The notes beneath the pieces were generated by a model, which searched no databases, had not been told where the DNA came from, and saw only the letters and a program-made list of their open reading frames with translations. This document shows, piece after piece, positions 7,623 to 13,193 of a stretch of 13,193 nucleotides of DNA (within the stretch, counting starts at the first letter, position 1; the number at the start of each line of letters is the position of its first letter). The DNA comes from a virus. Its lineage: Duplodnaviria > Heunggongvirae > Uroviricota > Caudoviricetes. The stretch lies in IMG/VR virus record IMGVR_UViG_2737471845_000021; one strand, 5' to 3'. The position numbers and the translations under genes are program-made.

Positions 7623-8441
7623 TCACCCCCTGAATCCTGCCGGGATCTGGCTGTAGTCCACATTGTCGTAACTGGCTTTGAAGTACGGGTCCTCGCGTCT
7701 GGCTGCAGATACCGCAGGAACTTCCCAGGATTCTTCGAAATGACGATCCGGACCAAAGAACGTGACAGCCTGTTTCACAAATTGTGTGCCGCTGTTACCC
7801 ATCGCAGATACCCAGCCCGCGTAGCGTTTCACACCTTCCAGCATGGTTTCGGGGTTTACCCCCTCATTCAAACGGGCTTTCCAGGCTTTGAAGGCTGCAG
7901 ATTTTGAATTGCCACCAGCACGTTTGGGATATGCCAGCCATGCCTGCTCAAACTCCGGAGAGTATTCCGGTCGGTTTGAACGAACTCGCACGGACTCATC
8001 AACTGATGCACCAACAGCTATTGGTTCATTGACTGGTTCATTGACTGGTTCAAAAGAGTGACTGGTTCTGGGTGAATCTCCTGCACTACCCCCTGGTGCA
8101 ACTCCTGCACTACCTGGTGAATTTGCTGCACCAGATAGTGAATTATTTGCACTACCCCCTGGTGAATCTCCTGCACCATCCAGATGAAGGAGATAGATAT
8201 TACTTGAGTTACCTTTTTCACCTTTCCGGGTGACTTTTTTTACCAGCCCGGACTCACAAAGGGCCGCAATATGATTCATCACAGAACGTTTGCTAATCTC
8301 GCACTGGTCAGCAATATGCTGGTAGCTGGGCCAGCACTCACCCTGATCGCTGGCATTATCAGCCAGCTTGATCAGAACCAGTTTTCGCAATGGATTACCC
8401 ACTCGAATTTTCATCGCTTTAACCATCAGCTCCATACTCAT
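7623..8441 (-). CDS. Replication initiator / replisome organiser (lambda O-like; N-terminal HTH, C-terminal Phg_2220_C-like domain)
   Basis: ATG at 8441 with GGAGGTG 6 nt upstream. Internal low-complexity repeats (PVNEPVNEP, GDSPGG) are encoded by the iteron array. C-terminal FEQAWLAYPKRAGGNSKSAAFKAWKARL resembles the conserved phage C-terminus of replisome organisers. Confidence 0.7.
   Translation of the reverse strand: MSMELMVKAMKIRVGNPLRKLVLIKLADNASDQGECWPSYQHIADQCEISKRSVMNHIAALCESGLVKKVTRKGEKGNSSNIYLLHLDGAGDSPGGSANNSLSGAANSPGSAGVAPGGSAGDSPRTSHSFEPVNEPVNEPIAVGASVDESVRVRSNRPEYSPEFEQAWLAYPKRAGGNSKSAAFKAWKARLNEGVNPETMLEGVKRYAGWVSAMGNSGTQFVKQAVTFFGPDRHFEESWEVPAVSAARREDPYFKASYDNVDYSQIPAGFRG
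8010..8180. repeat. Iteron-like direct repeats inside the initiator gene (candidate replication origin)
   Basis: ttcattgactgg occurs twice in tandem (8013..8036); cctggtgaatctcctgcac and ctcctgcactacc recur several times over 8058..8175. Arrangement is analogous to lambda ori inside gene O. Confidence 0.55.
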
Positions 8442-8545
8442 GCTGCACCTCCGAGATGCTTCATGTTTTTTCCGGAGCGAAAGGCTATAAGCGGCATACT
8501 GACGCGGTAATTACGGCCCAACGGTTCACAAATCACTTTCTGACA

Positions 8546-8606
8546 TTCACGGTCAACCAGGCTAACACGTAGAACATGCCCTGCAGGTGTGGTGTACCAC
8601 TGGCCC
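8546..8606. repeat. Core repeat, copy 3 (61 bp), upstream of the replication gene
   Basis: Near-identical to 9475..9534 (two differences). Minus-strand orientation contains the palindrome CCTGCAGG and ends in TTGACC. Confidence 0.8.
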
Positions 8607-8658
8607 GGACGAGGACAACGGAAAGTCTGATTGGTAAACCGTTTGAAAATATTCCGGA

Positions 8659-9204
8659 TCATTTGCCCCCCCTTACCTCTGAAGGGTTCAGTGACAGATT
8701 TATGAGACTGGCCAGTACCGCCGCGTCGTTGATGCGGTCATACAGACTTATAGCCAGCGGGGATTCGGCTTTTGCCAACATGGGATAAAGCTGCTGCAGC
8801 CAGACTTTGTGGATTACCGACAAGTGGGAGTAAAGCACGCTGGCGTTATGTGCGGCATCGCTCAGCGTGGATGGCCTTGAAAGCTGCTTTTCCATCTGGT
8901 TAAAGGCATTGATGTATGCCTCTTTGAACTGGGCAGCACGTTTCCCCGTGAAACCCATAGCAAGAAACGCAAAGCCGTCGCGGGTTATTTGATAGCAAGG
9001 TAGTTTGCGGCCTGTGCAATCGGTGTAATCACTCACCGAAAAATTGCGGGCAGTGAATGATGCGGAACATTCAAGCGTGCGGATCTTTTTCAGTACATCG
9101 TCATGACGTTTGGAGAAGAAGTTGGCAACAGCTAGGGATGAAGTAACAGCCTGACCATCAACGATGGCAATTTCAGGTTGAGTGAGGGTTGGGATCGTAG
9201 CCAT
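8659..9204 (-). CDS. Rha-family phage regulatory protein
   Basis: ATG at 9204 with AGAGG upstream. MATIPTLTQPEIAIVDGQAVTSSLAVANFFSKRHDDVLKKIRTL...ITRDGFAFLAMGFTGKRAAQFKEAYINAFNQME matches the Rha N-terminal domain. The track ORF continues 133 codons upstream through the repeat module; that extension is judged non-coding. Confidence 0.7.
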   Translation of the reverse strand: MATIPTLTQPEIAIVDGQAVTSSLAVANFFSKRHDDVLKKIRTLECSASFTARNFSVSDYTDCTGRKLPCYQITRDGFAFLAMGFTGKRAAQFKEAYINAFNQMEKQLSRPSTLSDAAHNASVLYSHLSVIHKVWLQQLYPMLAKAESPLAISLYDRINDAAVLASLINLSLNPSEVRGGK

Positions 9205-9474
9205 GATGGCAGCCTCTTTGGTGATTTTTAATAACTCACCACCAAGGCTTTCCACGACCTTATTGGTGGTGAGACGTACAGGGGTGGAAATACCGGTCAC
9301 CAAAGAACCCGGCCCAACCGAAGTTGGCCCTGCACGCCCCACCATAATTTGGGCGTAATGCTGCTCATGACACAAAAAAACCGCAAGAGCGCGGTTGTGC
9401 GCTTTGGTGAATTCCGGGTTTCCACGCCCGGCACCCGCTTTATAAGGTGCCTGAACAGTGTAACCTCCCGGAAT
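9184..9474. repeat. Leader module D, copy 1 (about 290 bp), upstream of and overlapping the rha start
   Basis: Homologous to 9809..10096 with conserved blocks: cccaccataatttggg, cccgctttataaggtgcctgaacagtgtaac, gtagccatgatggcagcctc. Hairpins differ in sequence between copies but still pair. Confidence 0.75.
9374..9396 (-). terminator. Intrinsic terminator inside leader module copy 1
   Basis: Minus strand AACCGC-GCUCUU-GCGGUU followed by UUUUU. A predicted promoter lies about 75 nt upstream on the same strand (-35 TTGACC at plus 9480..9485, -10 TACACT at plus 9457..9462). Confidence 0.5.
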
Positions 9475-9534
9475 TTCACGGTCAACCAAGCTAACACGTA
9501 GAACATGCCCTGCAGGTGTGGTGTACCACTGCCC
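9475..9534. repeat. Core repeat, copy 1 (60 bp)
   Basis: Near-identical to 8546..8606. Confidence 0.8.
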
Positions 9535-9595
9535 AACTGTAGGAATTGATGTTTTTTTACGCTGAAGAAAACGGCAAATATTGAGGATCAACGGA

Positions 9596-9829
9596 TTAAG
9601 CATGACGATGCCCTCCGCTGATATTCAGGAGACGGTGAATATGAAAATTAGCCTTATCCGCCAGACGAATACGTTCAGCCTGCAAGTTAAGAAGGGTTTC
9701 TACCAGAACTTCATGCGCCTGCGGATCCGAAAGAGTTACCTTGCGCAGAGCACGTAGTGCAGTTGTTACATAACTGAGTTTATGTAAGTCTTCATCATTC
9801 AGACGAGAGAGGGCTGGGACAGTAGCCAT
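9596..9829 (-). CDS. Hypothetical 77-aa protein; first 8 codons homologous to the rha start
   Basis: ATG at 9829 in the same conserved context as the rha start (gtagccatgatggcagcctc). N-terminus MATVPAL compares with Rha MATIPTL. Function unknown. The track ORF extends 201 codons upstream through leader module copy 2. Confidence 0.4.
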   Translation of the reverse strand: MATVPALSRLNDEDLHKLSYVTTALRALRKVTLSDPQAHEVLVETLLNLQAERIRLADKANFHIHRLLNISGGHRHA

Positions 9830-10096
9830 GATGGCAGCCTCCGTATGCAATGGATAACTTCCACCACCGGAAACGCCAATTTCGCTGGTGGTGAACTGAG
9901 CAGGGTTGGCGTAACCGGCGCATACGGAAACCGGCGCACCTTTCGGTGCCCCCACCCAGCCCACCATAATTTGGGTATAGCTGAGTTGTAGCAACAAAAA
10001 AGACGCTAACGCGCCAATTGTCGCCGTATGCAATTCCAGGACGCCAATCCCGACACCCGCTTTATAAGGTGCCTGAACAGTGTAACGTCCCGGAAT
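9809..10096. repeat. Leader module D, copy 2
   Basis: See copy 1. Lacks the 60-bp core but has its own promoter-like element (-35 TTGATT at plus 10102..10107, 17-nt spacer, -10 TACACT at plus 10079..10084). Confidence 0.75.
9996..10015 (-). terminator. Intrinsic terminator inside leader module copy 2
   Basis: Minus strand GGCGC-GUUA-GCGUC followed by UUUUUU. Different stem sequence from copy 1 at the equivalent position, but still a hairpin plus U-tract. Confidence 0.45.
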
Positions 10097-10428
10097 GGCA
10101 GAATCAATGTGCTGGTGGTCCTTCACACTCAACAAAATCACGCCTGAATTTCCACAAAGGACTAAAGCACTCATGCGGGTAGTCTTTGCGAAGATAGATA
10201 ACGCGCTGTGTTTCTGGCTCCCAACGAATAACATGAACATAAAGTCCTCTTCCGTCACGAAACCAGCGGTTAAGTTCCTGCACAACTCGCCCCCCACAGT
10301 CAGGTAAAGTTCTCTGTGGTTACTTACAGCCAGGTGATTTGGTAATCTGCATTCATGCCGTAACAACAGGTGTTCAGCGACGCTGACCACCAACTGTTGC
10401 GACAAACGGTTATTTGCCGTTAAACTGT

Positions 10429-10980
10429 TCATGCGTTAGTTTCTCCACGGACACAAAACGCCACGACGCCCGGAGCTGCACACTCGCGGGCGTCACTCTT
10501 TTCTGGAGCGCAGAAAATTTTGTAGACCAGCGCCGCATGTTCCTGGAGCTTCGAAATCGACAGATACAACTCATCATTAATTGCTGTCTGTTCATGTGGC
10601 TCCACTAGCCCATCTTCGATTGCCGAACGAATCTGCTTTGAGTAACTCCCGATCTGTTCAATGACTTCCAGTAGACGTTGGTTGATATCAGCGTTCTCTA
10701 CTTCCTCAATTTCAGGAAGTGATACAAACACCCCACCAGCAGACTGTGCGACAGCATCCGCAATGTGATGAGTACTAGCCGCACGCTGTAAAACCATTGC
10801 CCATCCCAACGGAAAAAACTGATCACCATCGGCACGAAGGCGGTTGAATAAAGCGTTCTCTGTTACATCCAGCCACTCAGCAGCTTCAGCGTAACCACCT
10901 GGCAATGCCGCGATAGTTTTTCTGACAGCTTTCACATACCAGTCAGGTTGTTTTTCCACTTTCCAGTGATGCTTACCCAC
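10429..10980 (-). CDS. CII-like / YdaT-family early regulatory protein
   Basis: GTG start with AGGAGG 7 nt upstream. 183 aa. Sits immediately downstream of the Cro/YdaS-like gene, as ydaT follows ydaS in Rac-type prophages. Family call rests on position and recall, not a search. Confidence 0.55.
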   Translation of the reverse strand: MGKHHWKVEKQPDWYVKAVRKTIAALPGGYAEAAEWLDVTENALFNRLRADGDQFFPLGWAMVLQRAASTHHIADAVAQSAGGVFVSLPEIEEVENADINQRLLEVIEQIGSYSKQIRSAIEDGLVEPHEQTAINDELYLSISKLQEHAALVYKIFCAPEKSDARECAAPGVVAFCVRGETNA

Positions 10981-11023
10981 GGCTTACCTCCTGTTCCTGT
11001 GGTTAAAAATTGAAGATTTTCTG

Positions 11024-11224
11024 CTAATCTTTCGGATAGATATCCGGTCTTAAGTCAGATTTCGTAATTGCACCTGATGTGCATTGCTCAAGTTTTTTAG
11101 CCAGTCCAAAGCTGGCTTTTTTATAGCCATTGAAAACCAGCCGTAAGTAGCCAGGTGTTGAGCAAACTTTTCCGGCTAACTCGCCCTGCTGTTCTTTGGT
11201 TAAAGAGTCCCAATACGCTTTCAT
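11024..11224 (-). CDS. Cro-like repressor (YdaS-type HTH)
   Basis: ATG at 11224 with GGAGGT 9 nt upstream (track ORF starts 35 codons earlier, overlapping cI). 66 aa. Divergent from cI. C-terminal LRPDI motif as in YdaS-type Cro proteins. Confidence 0.7.
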   Translation of the reverse strand: MKAYWDSLTKEQQGELAGKVCSTPGYLRLVFNGYKKASFGLAKKLEQCTSGAITKSDLRPDIYPKD

Positions 11225-11314
11225 ACAACATGTACCTCCAGTATACATATTACATGATTGAGATGAACCTTCAAGATACTTGTACCTTATCGGTACAAAG
11301 GTTTTAATTTCGTT
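11225..11314. promoter_or_regulatory. OR-like immunity region: two 17-bp operators plus candidate PR and PRM
   Basis: Dyads TGTACCTCCAGTATACA (11231..11247) and TGTACCTTATCGGTACA (11281..11297). Minus-strand PR candidate TTGAAG, 16-nt spacer, TAATAT. Plus-strand PRM candidate TTGTAC (11280..11285), 17-nt spacer, TTTAAT (11303..11308), placing the start at the cI ATG (leaderless, as in lambda). Confidence 0.5.
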
Positions 11315-11989
11315 ATGAAAACAATCCATGACATCCGGCGGTCTAACGCCAGAAAACTGAGAGATGGTGTTGGCGGAAATTCATCCTTTGCCACCATGAT
11401 TGATCGCGAGCCTACCCAGACCAGCAGGTTTATGGGGGATGGCGCTACTAAAAATATCGGTGACAGCATGGCACGGCACATCGAAAAATGTTTCGACCTG
11501 CCTGTCGGATGGCTTGATCAAGAACACCAGACAACGAACATCACAAAAAAACCTGATGTTTCAATCACTAATAAAAAAATAACGTTAGTCCCTGTCATAT
11601 CATGGGTACAGGCCGGAGCATGGAAAGAAGTTGGCTATTCTGAGGTTGATTTGAGCACAACAGAAACGTATCCCTGCCCTGTACCCTGTGGCGAAATGAC
11701 TTATATATTGAGGGTGATTGGTGATTCAATGATTGATGAGTACCGTCCGGGAGACATGATTTTTGTCGATCCAGAAGTACCAGCCTGCCACGGCGATGAC
11801 GTTATTGCATTGATGCACGATACAGGTGAAACCACCTTCAAAAGGTTGATAGAAGACGGGACACAGCGTTATCTCAAAGCATTAAACCCCAACTGGCCTG
11901 AGCCTTACATTAAGATAAACGGTAATTGCTCTATCATTGGTACAGTTATTTTCTCAGGAAAACCAAGAAGATACAAAATTAAAGCCTGA
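11315..11989 (+). CDS. cI: CI-type prophage repressor (N-terminal HTH, C-terminal S24 LexA-like autopeptidase)
   Basis: 224 aa. C-terminal domain is closely lambda-CI-like: VIGDSM (Ser nucleophile), TFKRL (Lys), LNPNWPEPYIKINGNCSIIGTVIFS. Candidate Ala-Gly cleavage site in VQAGAW. Confidence 0.9.
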   Translation: MKTIHDIRRSNARKLRDGVGGNSSFATMIDREPTQTSRFMGDGATKNIGDSMARHIEKCFDLPVGWLDQEHQTTNITKKPDVSITNKKITLVPVISWVQAGAWKEVGYSEVDLSTTETYPCPVPCGEMTYILRVIGDSMIDEYRPGDMIFVDPEVPACHGDDVIALMHDTGETTFKRLIEDGTQRYLKALNPNWPEPYIKINGNCSIIGTVIFSGKPRRYKIKA

Positions 11990-12002
11990 TCAATGTCTAT
12001 GA

Positions 12003-12024
12003 ACCTGCTTCGGCAGGTTTTTTT
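12003..12024 (+). terminator. Rho-independent terminator after cI
   Basis: ACCTGC-TTCG-GCAGGT stem with UUCG tetraloop followed by seven T (12018..12024), 14 nt after the cI stop. Confidence 0.7.
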
Positions 12025-12028
12025 ATAC

Positions 12029-12057
12029 TTGACAATGTACCCTACAGATACATAATG
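12029..12057 (+). promoter_or_regulatory. PL/OL-like promoter with a third operator copy
   Basis: TTGACA (12029..12034), 16-nt spacer, CATAAT (12051..12056). The spacer contains TGTACCCTACAGATACA (12036..12052), matching the dyad pattern of the two OR sites. Confidence 0.45.
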
Positions 12058-12138
12058 TACCTACATAAGATATCGAACAGGCAGGACGCCCACGAAGTAG
12101 CCGTCCGGGGCATACGAAGACCGGAATGATTCGTAAAT

Positions 12139-12170
12139 AAAAAAGCGCCCAAATGGACGCTTCACTTTTG
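12139..12170 (-). terminator. Rho-independent terminator for the convergent small gene
   Basis: Minus strand AAGCGUCC-AUUU-GGGCGCUU (8-bp stem with one G-U) followed by UUUUUU. Weaker on the plus strand (C-A mismatch, short U-run). Confidence 0.55.
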
Positions 12171-12184
12171 AACTGGATTTATAA

Positions 12185-12394
12185 TCAATTATTTTCTTCA
12201 TAAATGTTTTGTAATGTTTTTATGAGATTTGGTATTTCTTTTATGGGAAAAGAATATATTGGACTTTCGATAATTTTATCAGATTCAAATGGTGGTTGTT
12301 TGCAGGACAGTTGAACTATAACTGAATTATGATCTTTAACTGGCACACAGTACCAACCACATACATCAAAAACAGGAGTATTTTGATTATCCAT
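12185..12394 (-). CDS. Hypothetical small protein (69 aa) in AT-rich context; possible cargo gene
   Basis: ATG at 12394 with GAGGA 5 nt upstream (track ORF starts at an upstream TTG). Followed by a strong terminator. Low GC content. No family recognised. Confidence 0.4.
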   Translation of the reverse strand: MDNQNTPVFDVCGWYCVPVKDHNSVIVQLSCKQPPFESDKIIESPIYSFPIKEIPNLIKTLQNIYEENN

Positions 12395-13055
12395 TATGTC
12401 CTCGACAACTAAAAACACTGCGTACAAAACTCAAAAGCAGGGAGTTATTTATAAAATTTCATAAAGAATAATTACCGATAGCGACAATTCATTGTTCTTG
12501 AATTTTGAAAAATAGCAAGATAAAACAATGTAAACTTATTTAAGAAAACTTCTTATTATGTAAATAAAACAACCAATTCGTTATATAGGAAAAACAAATA
12601 GTACGCAAGAAAATATTCAACAGGGGTATTACATTCAACCATAAGAGTAATCGTCTCTTTGGTAACTAATACCGAACATTTTATTGTAACACGGCGTATG
12701 GCACATGCGTCGTTAGCGGTCTGGGGACGTTAAAGGGGACAATCCACTCCTTGCTCGGGCAAACAAACCAGGTAGCCGGAATGTGCAAGTCAATGATGAT
12801 GCTGATAAGACGCCTAACCAGCGTGGCGATTCGGTTTGACGCCAGGGAAGAGACCAGGGTGCAACGATGAGGGCATTTATGGAACCGCGACAAAGTGTGG
12901 TGCCGTAACTGGCTAAGTGCTCTCAGCGTTGTGGTAATCCGCGAAATGGCGCGGCGGTAAGTATGGCGGGGTTACTCTTTCCCCGTTGAGGACACCGGAT
13001 TGTCAGGTTGACCATACGCCTGAGTGACAACCCCACCACAACAGCCACTGCTTTG

Positions 13056-13101
13056 GCGGTACCAGTTTGTACACTTGCTTCCGGCTGGTACCGCTCTTTT
13101 T
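13056..13101 (+). terminator. Candidate intrinsic terminator (plus strand)
   Basis: Perfect 10-bp stem GCGGTACCAG / CTGGTACCGC (13056..13065 and 13085..13094) with a 19-nt loop, followed by TCTTTTT. Confidence 0.4.
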
Positions 13102-13193
13102 ACAAAACAGAGAAGAGCATCACCGGACGACGGGCTCATAACCCAATCCATCCGGGCGGCAGTCACCGCAGGCGTTCTTCTCTGTTTTGTGGA

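Larger units (their letters stand above)
1438..13193. mobile_element. Lambdoid prophage segment (immunity, replication, nin-like and Q regions plus a post-Q cargo island); both ends lie outside or are undefined in the window
   Basis: Divergent CI (S24 peptidase) and Cro-like genes with operator-like dyads, followed on the minus strand by CII/YdaT-like, Rha, O-like initiator with iterons, RusA, KilA-N, DUF968 and Q. Gene order matches lambda early right operon. No att site or integrase seen. Confidence 0.8.

Noticed and set aside
8018-8221. 67-aa minus-strand ORF with QEIH repeats
   Set aside because: Out-of-frame translation of the iteron array inside the initiator gene.
8438-8662. 74-aa ORF between rha and the replication gene
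   Set aside because: It overlaps the 61-bp core repeat, and its similarity to the rha upstream region comes from that DNA repeat. The ATGA overlap with the rha stop is noted, but there is no independent support for coding.
8659-9603. Full 314-aa ORF as a single protein (upstream extension fused to Rha)
   Set aside because: The Rha domain begins at an internal ATG (9204) with its own RBS. The 133-codon upstream extension covers a promoter-like element, structured hairpins and an intrinsic terminator, and open frames are expected by chance in GC-rich DNA. Kept as an alternative hypothesis in the leader-module finding.
9596-10432. Full 278-aa ORF as a single protein
   Set aside because: Same reasoning: the conserved start context shared with rha is at 9829, and the upstream 201 codons span leader module copy 2 including a hairpin plus U-tract.
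12681-13166. Minus-strand ORFs 12681..12893 and 12972..13166
   Set aside because: No RBS, no recognisable protein features, and they overlap strong secondary-structure elements; more likely structured non-coding sequence.
13102-13188. Retron msr/msd (a1/a2 inverted repeats)
   Set aside because: The 15-bp inverted repeats are only 57 nt apart, too short for msr-msd; no reverse transcriptase ORF in the window; element is truncated by the window edge.

Overview
The window reads as the early and regulatory half of a lambdoid prophage in an enterobacterial genome, carrying several cargo genes and an unusual repeated leader structure. All calls are from reading the sequence and the ORF track; no database search or folding program was run, so family names rest on recognised motifs and should be confirmed by HMM or BLAST. 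Gene order on the minus strand (high to low coordinate) is: lambda-like CI repressor (plus strand, divergent) | Cro/YdaS-like, CII/YdaT-like, a 77-aa gene, Rha, an O-like replication initiator with embedded iterons, PerC-like regulator, LexA-DNA-binding-domain-only protein, RusA, a LexA box, KilA-N antirepressor, a hypothetical gene, DUF968, antiterminator Q, a near-consensus late promoter, an AT-rich island with a CPBP (Abi) intramembrane protease, tRNA-Ile2(CAU) and tRNA-Arg(UCU), and a partial TerB-like gene with an in-frame amber codon. No lysis or structural genes, integrase, IS element, CRISPR array or rRNA were seen. The three most interesting observations are: (1) mosaic repeated leader modules upstream of rha, the 77-aa gene and the replication gene, each with a promoter-like element, hairpins that differ between copies but still pair, and an intrinsic terminator; (2) an SOS (LexA) box in front of the KilA-N antirepressor, next to a phage-encoded LexA DNA-binding domain that lacks the peptidase domain, in a phage that also has a cleavable CI; (3) a CPBP protease cargo gene placed directly behind Q and its late promoter, where Stx phages carry the toxin genes.
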